Positions 1-10,662 of a stretch of 64,000 bases of DNA are shown piece by piece. Location: contig DBXS01000033.1 of assembly GCA_002310055.1 (NCBI GenBank), forward strand, positions 40,822 to 104,821. The letters are read 5' to 3'. This DNA is from Clostridiales bacterium UBA1206. Its GTDB lineage: Bacteria; Bacillota; Clostridia; Oscillospirales; CAG-382. Numbering within the stretch: position 1 is the stretch's first letter; each line of letters starts with the position of its first letter. The position numbers and the translations under genes are program-made. A model generated the notes under the pieces. The model did not search any database. It was not told where the DNA came from and saw nothing but the letters and a program-made list of their open reading frames with translations.

Positions 1-101
1 GCGAATCCGCGGTCACCGGACGTATCGATTCCGCGGTGTTTTCCCAAAGCGCGGTGCAGAAGACGTTCCTTTCGCGCCTGTTCGGCAGGCATGGTATTTA
101 A
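1..101 (+). CDS. yabP: Sporulation protein YabP, C-terminal end (truncated by window edge)
   Basis: Frame 3 reads ...GRIDSAVFSQSAVQKTFLSRLFGRHGI, then TAA at 99-101, overlapping the ATG (91) of the next gene. Position upstream of yabQ-divIC-yabR matches the Bacillus order. Confidence 0.5.
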   Translation, partial: ESAVTGRIDSAVFSQSAVQKTFLSRLFGRHGI

Positions 102-528
102 CGTCCAGCTTTCGTGGCAGCTGCTTTGGGCGTCTCTTGTATGCGGCGCCGCGTTCGGCGTGCTGTACGACGTGCTGCGCTTTTTCAGGGCGTTCACCAA
201 AAACGGCCGCGTGCTGCTGTTTTTCCACGATATCTCGTTCTGTCTGCTTTTTTCTGCGGCGATGTGCGTCTTGTATTTCAATTATTCAAACGGGCGCATA
301 CGGCTTTACGCGCTGCTTGCGGCGTGTTCCGCGTTCGCGGCGTACCGCCTTACGCTCGGGGCGATCAGCGCGCGCACGGTCGCAAAAATGCATTCCGCGC
401 TCGTAAAGTTAAAAAACAAATGCGTTTCCGCGTTCCGCCGCGCGTGCCGTTCGGCGCGCAGGGCGGCGGTTTCCCGCCTTATGCGTATGCGTCAGCTGCG
501 CGGCGCGGGGAACGGATTCGGTATGTAG
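91..528 (+). CDS. yabQ: Spore cortex biosynthesis membrane protein YabQ
   Basis: 145 aa with several hydrophobic helices followed by a basic tail. Lies between the yabP end and divIC, as in the Bacillus yabP-yabQ-divIC-yabR cluster. Confidence 0.6.
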   Translation: MVFNVQLSWQLLWASLVCGAAFGVLYDVLRFFRAFTKNGRVLLFFHDISFCLLFSAAMCVLYFNYSNGRIRLYALLAACSAFAAYRLTLGAISARTVAKMHSALVKLKNKCVSAFRRACRSARRAAVSRLMRMRQLRGAGNGFGM

Positions 529-552
529 TATGTTTGCAAAGGAGGTAAAAAC

Positions 553-837
553 TTGCAAAGAAGGACCAGCACCAATTTCATAGTCCGCGCGGCAATAGCG
601 TTTATGCTCATATTGCTCGTTTTTGCCGTCATCAACATACAAATGAAACTCAACACGCTCAAACAGAACAAAAAAGCGCTGGAAGCTCAGGTCGAAGAAG
701 TCGTCGACATCATCGACGAGATCAACGTGCGGCTCGACACGCCCGTCACCGACGAATACATAGAGCGCGTCGCGCGCGACGAACTGGGCTACCGCCGCGA
801 GGGAGAGATAATCTTCTACAACGATATGGCTAATTAG
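553..837 (+). CDS. divIC: Septum formation initiator, DivIC/FtsB family
   Basis: 94 aa with one N-terminal TM helix, a coiled coil (LNTLKQNKKALEAQVEEV) and a C-terminal ARDELGY motif. TTG start lies 7 nt after AAGGAGG. Confidence 0.8.
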   Translation: MQRRTSTNFIVRAAIAFMLILLVFAVINIQMKLNTLKQNKKALEAQVEEVVDIIDEINVRLDTPVTDEYIERVARDELGYRREGEIIFYNDMAN

Positions 838-860
838 CCGTCATTACGGGGAGCTTGTTT

Positions 861-1262
861 TTGGGAAAGATCGTTAAGGGCAAAGTGACAAAGATCACGA
901 ACTTCGGCGCGTTCGTCGCGGTCGAAGGCGGCGCGAGCGGAATGATCCATATTTCCGAAGTTTCGCAAAGCTTTGTGAAGGATATCAAAGATTTTCTGAC
1001 CGAAGGCCAGGAAGTCGAATGCGCGGTCGTCTCGTCCGACGAAAACGGACGTCTCGCGCTTTCGCTCAAACGTCTGCCGCAAAAAGCGGCGTCCTGCGCG
1101 GCGGTTCCGCCCGAGGATTTCCGCAAAACGCAAAAGAGCTCCGGCGCCACGCTCGAAAGTATGATCACGCGCTTCAAAAGCGTTTCCGACGATAAGCTCG
1201 GCGACCTCAAAAAGGGCGGCGACGTCAAACGCGCACGGTCCGGCAGGCGCAATAAACGCTGA
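861..1262 (+). CDS. yabR: S1 RNA-binding domain protein YabR
   Basis: S1 fold signature KGKVTKITNFGAFVAVEGGASGMIHISE. The ORF opens at TTG 855, but TTG 861 is better spaced from GGGGAG, so the start is uncertain by 6 nt. Confidence 0.8.
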   Translation: MGKIVKGKVTKITNFGAFVAVEGGASGMIHISEVSQSFVKDIKDFLTEGQEVECAVVSSDENGRLALSLKRLPQKAASCAAVPPEDFRKTQKSSGATLESMITRFKSVSDDKLGDLKKGGDVKRARSGRRNKR

Positions 1263-1269
1263 AAATTCC

Positions 1270-1296
1270 ACGGCGGCACAGACCGCCGTTTTTTTG
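1270..1296 (+). terminator. Rho-independent terminator after yabR
   Basis: ACGGCGG-cacaga-CCGCCGT stem followed by a T7 run. Confidence 0.75.
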
Positions 1297-1339
1297 TCGC
1301 GAAATGTCGCGGCAAAACGCAAATTCGGCGCGCAGTTCA

Positions 1340-1368
1340 TTGACATTTGCGCGCGGTTATGATATAAT
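1340..1368 (+). promoter_or_regulatory. Sigma-A type promoter for hpf
   Basis: TTGACA (1340-1345), 17-nt spacer, TATAAT (1363-1368). Confidence 0.7.
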
Positions 1369-1428
1369 GTACACAGCGGGGAAACAATAAGCGTTTTCCT
1401 TTTACATATAAAAAAGGAGGAATCCGAA

Positions 1429-1953
1429 ATGAAGATCAAATTCAACGCGCGCAAGTACAGACTCACCGACGACGTCAAACAGAGATTCGAAAAAAAGCTT
1501 GCAAAGCTCGACAAATTCTTTTACAAGGACGCCGAAGCAATAGTGTCTTTGTATAAAGAAAAGATCGGCGAACGCGTGGAGATCACCGTACACGGCAAGG
1601 GCACGCTTTTCAGAGCGGAAGAGACCGATACCGACGCGGCGTGCGCGCTCGACAAAGCTATGGACGTCCTTGAGCGCCAGATCCGCAAGAACCGCACGCG
1701 GCTCGAAAAGAGAAAACAGATCCAGCCCGTCACGAGCGAGGAAGACACTCTTTACGAAGAAAACAAGGAATTCAAGATCTCCAAAGTCAAAAAGTTCGTA
1801 CTCGATTCTATGACCGTGGAAGAAGCCATCCTGCAGATGAACCTGCTTTCGCACGAGTTCTATCTGTTCAAGAACGCCGAGACCGGAGCCGTCAATCTCG
1901 TGTATAAGAGAAAAAACGGCGACGACTACGGCGTGATAGTGTCGGCAGACTGA
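1429..1953 (+). CDS. hpf: Ribosome hibernation promoting factor, long form (HPF/YvyD)
   Basis: 174 aa. N-terminal RaiA/HPF domain (MKIKFNARKYRLTDDVKQRFEKKL...) plus a C-terminal dimerisation domain (KFVLDSMTVEEAILQMNLLSHEFYLFKN). AAGGAGG RBS. Confidence 0.9.
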   Translation: MKIKFNARKYRLTDDVKQRFEKKLAKLDKFFYKDAEAIVSLYKEKIGERVEITVHGKGTLFRAEETDTDAACALDKAMDVLERQIRKNRTRLEKRKQIQPVTSEEDTLYEENKEFKISKVKKFVLDSMTVEEAILQMNLLSHEFYLFKNAETGAVNLVYKRKNGDDYGVIVSAD

Positions 1954-1972
1954 GAATATAATCGATCGGAGC

Positions 1973-1997
1973 AAAAAGCCCGCTGTGCGGGCTTTTT
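1973..1997 (+). terminator. Rho-independent terminator after hpf
   Basis: GCCCGC-tgt-GCGGGC stem flanked by an A-run and T5. Confidence 0.75.
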
Positions 1998-2015
1998 GAA
2001 TGAAAGGAAATAAGT

Positions 2016-3140
2016 ATGCGTTTCGTCACCACCTGCCTTTTCGGGCTCGAGCGGCTCGCGGGCGAGGATATCGACGCGCTCGGCTACAAACGAATAGAAA
2101 CCACCGACGGCAGGGTGGAATTCGAAGCGCCCGCCGACGCCATAGCGCGCTGCAACGTCAATTTCCGCTACAGCGAGCGCGTGCTCATAAAGCTCGGCGC
2201 GTTTGGCGCGGAAACTTTCGACGGGCTTTTCGAAAACACACGCGCGCTCCCTTGGGAGGATCTCATCGGGCGCGACGACGCGTTCCCCGTAAAAGGGCAT
2301 TCGGTAAAATCGCGCCTGTTTTCGGTGCCGGACTGCCAGGCGATAATCAAAAAAGCCGTGTGCCGCCGGCTCGGTTCGGTCTACGGTATGGAACGCCTGC
2401 CCGAGACGGGCGTAAAAAAGCAGATAGTGTTCTTTTTGATGAACGATACCGCCCACCTTATGATAGACACCACCGGCGAAGGACTGCACAAACGCGGCTA
2501 CCGCCCGGCGGCGAACCTTGCGCCCATACGCGAAACGCTCGCGGCGGCGATGGTGAGCTTTTCCCGCCCGCGCGCAAACGTGCTCACCGTCGATCCTATG
2601 TGCGGTTCGGGCACCATAGCCATAGAGGCGGCGCTGCTCGCTTCTAACACCGCGCCGGGAATGAACCGCGCGTTTTCCGCCGAACGGTACGGTCTGCTCC
2701 CCGAAAACGCCTTCGAACTCGCACGCGAGGAAGCGCGCGCAAAAGTGACCGAGCCGCAGATGCGTATCTTCGGGTCGGATATAGACAAAGATTCACTGGA
2801 TATCGCGCGCGAAAACGCCCGCCGCGCCGGAGTGGAAAAATGGGTGGACTTTTCGTGCGCCGACGTGCGCTCGTTCGTCCCGCCCGTGGAAGGCGCGCGC
2901 GGCACGATAGTTTGCAATCCGCCCTACGGCGAGCGGATGATGGACAAAGAAAGCGCGGCGGAACTTATAGCCGCGGCGGGCAAAGCCATAGCGCGTTCCG
3001 CGCCTATGTGGCAGCTGTATTTCATATCGCCGGATCCGCTTTTCGAACGCCATTTCGGGCGGCGCGCCGACAAAGTACGCACGCTTTATAACGGAATGAT
3101 CAAATGCGGCTTTTACCAGTTTTACAAGCAAAAAACATAA
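2016..3140 (+). CDS. THUMP-domain class I SAM-dependent RNA methyltransferase (RlmL/YpsC-like)
   Basis: 374 aa. SAM-binding DPMCGSGTIAIEA and catalytic NPPYGERM motifs, with an N-terminal THUMP-like region. Confidence 0.8.
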   Translation: MRFVTTCLFGLERLAGEDIDALGYKRIETTDGRVEFEAPADAIARCNVNFRYSERVLIKLGAFGAETFDGLFENTRALPWEDLIGRDDAFPVKGHSVKSRLFSVPDCQAIIKKAVCRRLGSVYGMERLPETGVKKQIVFFLMNDTAHLMIDTTGEGLHKRGYRPAANLAPIRETLAAAMVSFSRPRANVLTVDPMCGSGTIAIEAALLASNTAPGMNRAFSAERYGLLPENAFELAREEARAKVTEPQMRIFGSDIDKDSLDIARENARRAGVEKWVDFSCADVRSFVPPVEGARGTIVCNPPYGERMMDKESAAELIAAAGKAIARSAPMWQLYFISPDPLFERHFGRRADKVRTLYNGMIKCGFYQFYKQKT

Positions 3141-3215
3141 AAATGTAACAATTTTGACATTGAAATTATATAATTTGTGATTATTATATTATATGCAAAA
3201 ATAACCGTTTGCTAA

Positions 3216-5166
<1,951 letters not shown>

Positions 5167-5223
5167 TGCCGCAGAACGCATTAAAGCGGTGAATTTACGC
5201 ACCGATTTAAAAAAGGTTTTTAC

Positions 5224-5262
5224 AAAGCTATGCCAATTAAAAAAGGCATAGCTTTCTTTTTT
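5224..5262 (+). terminator. Rho-independent terminator after groEL
   Basis: AAAGCTATGCC-aattaaaaaa-GGCATAGCTTT 11-bp stem followed by CTTTTTT. Confidence 0.85.
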
Positions 5263-5290
5263 GCTTACCCGTTTTGCGTAAAGAAGGTGC

Positions 5291-5346
5291 TTGTCTGAAA
5301 ACTTCGACTGCCGTACGACCGTACGGCGACGCTCGTTTTCAGACAA
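5291..5346. other. Nested long hairpin in non-coding DNA
   Basis: TTGTCTGAAAAC (5291-5302) pairs with GTTTTCAGACAA (5335-5346). It encloses an inner 7-bp stem GCCGTAC-gacc-GTACGGC. No T-run follows. Confidence 0.6.
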
Positions 5347-5385
5347 AATTCCCTCGCTTTACTGCGTTCTGCCTCGTGACGCCGC

Positions 5386-5480
5386 AGCGTTCGGTTACGC
5401 TATCCGGAATGTGGGCGGAAAAGGCGGAAATGACGCCGGAGCGTTGGGTTACGCCCGCCGGAATAAAGGCGGGAAAACGT
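5386..5480. repeat. Degenerate tandem direct repeat, about 54-bp period
   Basis: AGCGTTCGGTTACGCTATCCGGAATGTGGGCGG at 5386 and AGCGTTGGGTTACGCCCGCCGGAATAAAGGCGG at 5440. About 27 of the first 33 nt are identical. Confidence 0.55.
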
Positions 5481-5565
5481 CTGCAAGGATGTCGGCTGCT
5501 CCCGTCTGTACTTTTGTGAATATAGCAGAAACGTCTATTTTTCAGAATCTCGCCGCTCCTTAAAT

Positions 5566-5634
5566 ATACTCCCGCGCCGCCGCCGGGCAGAGCGTAGCGA
5601 GGGACAGGCGTGGGCGGCGGTGGCGCGGGAGTAT
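5566..5634. other. Long GC-rich hairpin in non-coding DNA
   Basis: ATACTCCCGCGCCGCCGCC pairs with GGCGGCG(gtg)GCGCGGGAGTAT: 19 bp with a 3-nt bulge and a 28-nt loop. No T-run follows. Confidence 0.6.
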
Positions 5635-5712
5635 GAGAGGGAAGCTGCGGAATTTATGCTATACCCCCTCTTCCTCGCAGCGTTTGTGGGGGTATTCCAA
5701 GCGAACATTCAG

Positions 5713-5741
5713 TTGAAAAACGGCGGATTTTGTGTTATTAT
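5713..5741 (+). promoter_or_regulatory. Sigma-A type promoter for the sigma-fusion gene
   Basis: TTGAAA (5713-5718), 17-nt spacer, TATTAT (5736-5741). About 110-nt leader to ATG 5861. Confidence 0.55.
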
Positions 5742-5860
5742 CATATATAAGAACGGCAAAGAAGCAAAAATATTTACCGTGACCCAACCTTTTTGCGCTT
5801 TTTAGTATCTTATGGGTGAAAGGCGACAAAAGAACAAACAAGTCAAAGAAAGGAAAAAGG

Positions 5861-8437
5861 ATGAAAAACGTTTCCGCAATGAACGACGCAACGCTCGTTG
5901 AACTTACTCTTATAGGGAACGATTCGGCTTATGAAGAGCTTGTGAAACGGCATGAAAAAGCGGTCAAAGGCACCGCGTACAAAGTCACCGGAAATGCGTT
6001 TTCCGCCGAGGACGCTTCGCAGGACGCCTTTGTTTCGGCGTGGATGAATCTTTCTGCGCTGCGCGATCCTTCGCGGTTCAGACCGTGGGTATGTTCCATA
6101 GCAAAAAACTGCGCAAGGAGAGTTGTGGAAAACTATCACGCCGCCATCCCCGATATCAGTCTTTCTTTACTTGAAGACGCCGATCCCGAAAGTATCGATC
6201 GCGTCGCTTTTGAAAACGAGCAGAGCGCGTATTCCGATCTTCACGAAGCCGTCGAAGCGCTGGGCGGCAAGATCAGGGAGACCGTAAAGCTCCATTATTT
6301 CGAAGGTTTGTCTGTCGCCGAAATAGCCGCAAAACTGTCTCTTCCGGAAGGGACCGTTAAATGGCGGCTGAGCGAAGGGAGAAAACGACTTAGAAAGGGT
6401 TACGGTATTATGGAAAAAGAATACGACGAAAACGAGAAAATGGTGCGCAAAGTTATGCGCCAAATCGAACGTCTCAAACTGTGGCGGCTCAAAAACGATC
6501 GCTCCGGCTTTGAAGAGGAATTCAAAGAAGTCCTCGCAAGCGCGGAAGCGCTTGAGGATTCAAAAGAAAAGAGCCGCGCGCTTTCGGACGTGCTGATGAT
6601 GGGATATTGGTGGATCCCGGGAACCAGAAACGACGAAACGCTGGCAAGAATAAAGAAACACGCCGAAGAAAGCCGCAACGACGACGTTATGATGGAAGTA
6701 CTCGGTGGTGAAGCCGAGAATAAGAGCCCGCAAGAGATCATAGATCTTATAAAAGAAAAACAGATCCCCTACGTACAGGGATTGGGGATGAAGAAAACGC
6801 TGGGATATCTGCATTTTTGGCTGGGCGTCAAGCTGTTCGACGTTGGACGTTATGAAGAGGGTATCGAAAGCTATAAAGCGGTGCTATCCGTGCTTGGACC
6901 GACTGACGTTTATTACGCCAACGCTATCGCTGCAATACGTATAGAAGAAAAAGTGCGCGAAAAAGGGCTGAGCAGAAACGATGATTCTCTGGCGTTCAGC
7001 GCGTGCGGAGACGAATACCGCAGCATAGACGGAAAGCTCTGGTTCTGGCAGGAGCCGGGCTACAGCCGCGGCAGCCTGTGGTCTGCGAGCGAGCCGGGAG
7101 TATACTTTGCAAGTCTGTGCGATAGCCTTATTATCGAACCCGAAATGAAGGCGGGCGACGTCAAGACCGCGTCAGACGGCATAACAAAGCTCGTTTGCAA
7201 AAGCACAAACGCTGCCGTATCCACTCCTGCCGGAGTTTTTGAAAACTGCAGCGTCTTTGCCGTCAGCGAGAACGAAAAGTTTTTCGAAACGGCGTTTTGT
7301 CCGGGCGTGGGTATGGTATATCAAAAGATCACGAACACCATCGTGAACGAGCATTTCCTTAAGAAATATCATATAGAAGGCGGTTCGGGCCTGCTGCCGC
7401 TCGCCGCGGGCAACCGTTGGGAATACATCGCAAAAAATGCGTTCATAGCGGGCGAATTCGAAGATATATTGGAAATCACAGGTGCAGAGGACGGCAAGGC
7501 GGTCGCCGCTGCGTACGGATTCTCGCATCGCACCGGTTACGATGAGACTGCGTGGGCGGGCAATATGCTTAACGCGCGTCAGAATTACGCCGTGTGCGAA
7601 AACGGAAAAGAACGTCTTGTAGATATGAGGGAATGCTTTGCAAAGGCGTTGCCGCTCGCAAAGACCAAACGCGAAAAGACGCATACCCGTATAGCCGCCG
7701 GCGTTATGGAACGCATATTGAATACCGATCCCGAGTTCAATCCCGAATACGCCGAATGCGGACGCTGGAATTTCTTCCAAAGACATTTCGCCCGGCGCGA
7801 AGACGGCAGGACTGTGATCTGCGAAGATGAACGTATGTTTTCATTTGAATGGAAAAATATGGGCGGCAATATGGGCGAAAACGGCGTGGGGAAACGGCTG
7901 CTTTATAATATGCTGTACGGTATCGTTCAGGACGCTGCGGACTGTATGTGGTCGGATAAATGGACGCCCGGATACACGGAAAAACGTGATGTCGCGATTT
8001 ATAACAACGTCTGCAAGCTCGAGCTCACGGTGCTCGGCGAAGAGCGCGTGGAGACTCCCGCGGGGACTTTTGAAAACTGCCGGCACGTCGTTATGGAGCT
8101 GAGCAATTTACCCGCCGGATTGAGTTATCGCTCGGGACGTATGGAATGCTGGTACGCTCCGGGCGTGGGGATCGTAATGTTCAGCCGTCCTTTGAACAAC
8201 GGCGGTACCGATAACGTGAGCAACGTCTGGTATCTTACGGCGTACGAAGGCACGGGAGACGGATATTTCCCGATCAAAGACGGTCTCTTCCGCCGGTACG
8301 AACCAGAATACACCGAAGGCTGGAACGGCAGAGTGGAATATACTTATGTCGAAGACGAAAACGGCGTAGTCATATTCTTTGACCAGCTGGGAACGCAGGA
8401 CCGCGCCTCGTATGAAGCGGGGCTGAAAACTGAATAA
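5861..8437 (+). CDS. ECF-type sigma-70 family sigma factor fused to a large (about 670 aa) C-terminal domain of unknown function
   Basis: N-terminal 190 aa carries region 2 (DASQDAFVSAWMNL, FRPWVCSIAKNCARR) and region 4 (LHYFEGLSVAEIAAKLSLPEGTVKWRLSEGRKRLRKG). The remainder has a TPR-like stretch and two copies of TPAG[VT]FENC...PGVG[MI]V. No hydrophobic TM stretch is visible. ATG 5861 follows AAAGGAAAAAGG; the ORF opens at GTG 5816. Confidence 0.8.
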   Translation: MKNVSAMNDATLVELTLIGNDSAYEELVKRHEKAVKGTAYKVTGNAFSAEDASQDAFVSAWMNLSALRDPSRFRPWVCSIAKNCARRVVENYHAAIPDISLSLLEDADPESIDRVAFENEQSAYSDLHEAVEALGGKIRETVKLHYFEGLSVAEIAAKLSLPEGTVKWRLSEGRKRLRKGYGIMEKEYDENEKMVRKVMRQIERLKLWRLKNDRSGFEEEFKEVLASAEALEDSKEKSRALSDVLMMGYWWIPGTRNDETLARIKKHAEESRNDDVMMEVLGGEAENKSPQEIIDLIKEKQIPYVQGLGMKKTLGYLHFWLGVKLFDVGRYEEGIESYKAVLSVLGPTDVYYANAIAAIRIEEKVREKGLSRNDDSLAFSACGDEYRSIDGKLWFWQEPGYSRGSLWSASEPGVYFASLCDSLIIEPEMKAGDVKTASDGITKLVCKSTNAAVSTPAGVFENCSVFAVSENEKFFETAFCPGVGMVYQKITNTIVNEHFLKKYHIEGGSGLLPLAAGNRWEYIAKNAFIAGEFEDILEITGAEDGKAVAAAYGFSHRTGYDETAWAGNMLNARQNYAVCENGKERLVDMRECFAKALPLAKTKREKTHTRIAAGVMERILNTDPEFNPEYAECGRWNFFQRHFARREDGRTVICEDERMFSFEWKNMGGNMGENGVGKRLLYNMLYGIVQDAADCMWSDKWTPGYTEKRDVAIYNNVCKLELTVLGEERVETPAGTFENCRHVVMELSNLPAGLSYRSGRMECWYAPGVGIVMFSRPLNNGGTDNVSNVWYLTAYEGTGDGYFPIKDGLFRRYEPEYTEGWNGRVEYTYVEDENGVVIFFDQLGTQDRASYEAGLKTE

Positions 8438-8444
8438 GCAAACG

Positions 8445-8485
8445 AAAAAGTGCCGGAACCATTACGGGTTCCGGCACTTTTTTTC
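8445..8485. terminator. Bidirectional terminator between the sigma-fusion gene and tex
   Basis: AGTGCCGGAACC-attacg-GGTTCCGGCACT 12-bp stem with an A-run upstream and a T7 run downstream. Flanking genes are convergent. Confidence 0.85.
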
Positions 8486-8495
8486 CGATAACAGT

Positions 8496-10649
8496 TTATT
8501 TCGGCTTTTTCATGGTAAGCGAGATGCGGCCCTTTTGAGTATCCACGGCAAGCACCCAGACGGTGACGATATCGCCGACCTTGAGCACTTCGGACGGATG
8601 CTTGATATATCTGTCCGAGATCTGCGTGACGTGAACGAGTCCGTCCTGATGCACGCCTATATCCACGAACGCGCCGAAATCTATGACGTTCCTCACGGTG
8701 CCCTTCATTTCCATGCCGGGCTTCAGGTCTTCAATGCCCATGACGTCGGTGCGGAGCATGGGCGGCGGCAGCTCGTCGCGCGGGTCGCGCGCGGGGCGTT
8801 CCAGTTCCTTGACAATATCTATCAGCGTGGGTTCGCCTATGCCCAGTTCATTGGCGAGCGCCGAAGTGCCGTCGGTGGAAACGCGTTCCGAAAGTCCGCT
8901 TATCCTGCCCTGCGCCACGTCGGAATCGGTATAGGAATAATGCTTTAACAGCGCCTCGGCGGCTTCGTAGCTTTCGGGGTGGACGGCGGTGCGGTCGAGC
9001 ACGTTCCTGCCGTCGGTCACGCGCAAGAACCCGGCGCACTGTTCAAACGCCTTGGGCCCCAGTTTGGGCACCTTTTTGAGCTGCGCGCGGGATATGAACT
9101 TGCCGTTTTCTTCGCGGTAGGCGACGATATTCTTGGCTATGGCGCTGTTTATTCCGGCTATTCGCGCAAGCAGCGGCGCGGACGCGGTGTTGAGGTCGGC
9201 GCCCACCGAGTTCACGCAGTCTTCCACCACGCCGTCGAGCGCTTCGCCCAGCTGTTTTTCGGGCATGTCGTGCTGATACTGACCCACGCCTATGGCTTTG
9301 GGATCTATCTTCACAAGTTCCGCGAGCGGATCCTGCAGGCGTCTTGCAATAGACACCGCCGAACGCTGAGTGACGTCGAAATCCGGGAATTCCTGCTGCG
9401 CAAGCTTGGAAGCCGAATAAACGCTTGCGCCGGCTTCGCTGACCACCATGTACGAAACGCCTTTGGCGTTCATTTCCTTAAGCAGCTCGGCGGTGAACGT
9501 CTCGGTCTCGTGCGAGGCGGTGCCGTTGCCTATCGCTATGCAGGTCACGCCGTATTTCTGTATGAAAGTCTTTATCTTCGCTTTGGCTTCGGGTATCCTG
9601 TTGTGAGGCGGAACGGGGTAGATGACGCCGGTGTCGAGCACTTTTCCGGTGCCGTCCACCACGGCGACCTTGCATCCGGTGCGGTAGCCCGGGTCGAGTC
9701 CTATGGTAACGGCGTTGCGGACCGGCGGCTGCATTAGCAGGTGGCGCGTGTTTTCGGCGAACACCTTTATTGCGTCGGTGCTGGCTTTGTCGGTGAGCTC
9801 GTTGCGTATATCGCGCTCTATGGAAGGGAATATGAGGCGGTCATAAGCGTCGTCCGCGGCCCGGAGCACCAGCTGACCGGTCTCGCCGTTGTTCTTCACG
9901 TGGATGGAAGCGAGTATGCGCATAGCCATATTGCGGTCGAATTCCACGGTTATTTTAAGGAATTCCTCTTTCTCGCCCCGGTTCATGGCGAGCACGCGGT
10001 GGCCGGGGACCTTGTTCAGCTTTTCAACTTTGTCGGCGTACATTCCGTAAACGCCCAGGTCGTCCTTTGCGCCGGCTGAACGTATGCTGCCGTTCTGCAT
10101 ACAGACGTAGCGTATGCGCTTTCTGCCTTCGGCGTCGTCGGAAATCGTTTCGGCGATGATATCCAGAGCGCCCTGCAGCGCGTCCTCCGCGGAAGCCACG
10201 CCCTTTTCTTCGTTTGTATACTGCTCGGCGATCTTGAGCACGCCGGTCGTCTTTTCGTCCTGCGCATAGATCAAAAGCGCAAGCGGCTCCAGCCCTTTTT
10301 CCTTTGCCACCGAAGCGCGCGTGCGGCGCTTGGGGCGGAACGGGCGGTAGATGTCTTCTATTTCGGTCAGCGTTTCGGCGGCGTCCAGCGCGGCGGAAAT
10401 CTCGTCGGTCATTTTTTCCTGCTCGGTTATGGAAGCGCGCACCTTTTCGCGCTGTTCGTCGAGCGAACGCAAATACGCCAGCCGCTCGCTCAGGTTGCGC
10501 AGAACTTCGTCGTCGAGCGAGCCGGTCATTTCCTTGCGGTAGCGCGCTATGAACGGCACCGTGTTGCCTTCGTCGAGCAGCTTCACCGCCGCTTCGGTCT
10601 GACTTTGTCTTATGCGAAGTTCCTGTGTGAGTTTTGCAATAATGTCCAT
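8496..10649 (-). CDS. tex: Tex-like transcription accessory protein (S1 domain-containing)
   Basis: 717 aa. N-terminus matches Tex (TVPFIARYRKEMTGSLDDEVLR), with YqgF-like and HhH regions and a C-terminal S1 domain (GTVRNVIDFGAFVDIGVHQDGLVH). Confidence 0.93.
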   Translation of the reverse strand: MDIIAKLTQELRIRQSQTEAAVKLLDEGNTVPFIARYRKEMTGSLDDEVLRNLSERLAYLRSLDEQREKVRASITEQEKMTDEISAALDAAETLTEIEDIYRPFRPKRRTRASVAKEKGLEPLALLIYAQDEKTTGVLKIAEQYTNEEKGVASAEDALQGALDIIAETISDDAEGRKRIRYVCMQNGSIRSAGAKDDLGVYGMYADKVEKLNKVPGHRVLAMNRGEKEEFLKITVEFDRNMAMRILASIHVKNNGETGQLVLRAADDAYDRLIFPSIERDIRNELTDKASTDAIKVFAENTRHLLMQPPVRNAVTIGLDPGYRTGCKVAVVDGTGKVLDTGVIYPVPPHNRIPEAKAKIKTFIQKYGVTCIAIGNGTASHETETFTAELLKEMNAKGVSYMVVSEAGASVYSASKLAQQEFPDFDVTQRSAVSIARRLQDPLAELVKIDPKAIGVGQYQHDMPEKQLGEALDGVVEDCVNSVGADLNTASAPLLARIAGINSAIAKNIVAYREENGKFISRAQLKKVPKLGPKAFEQCAGFLRVTDGRNVLDRTAVHPESYEAAEALLKHYSYTDSDVAQGRISGLSERVSTDGTSALANELGIGEPTLIDIVKELERPARDPRDELPPPMLRTDVMGIEDLKPGMEMKGTVRNVIDFGAFVDIGVHQDGLVHVTQISDRYIKHPSEVLKVGDIVTVWVLAVDTQKGRISLTMKKPK

Positions 10650-10662
10650 GGTCTGTCTCCGT

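Noticed and set aside
5274-5563. ORFs 5274..5519 and 5291..5563 (81 and 90 aa) in the long groEL-downstream spacer.
   Set aside because: They have no RBS, overlap each other in different frames, run through strong hairpins, and their translations are R/G-rich without hydrophobic-core patterning.
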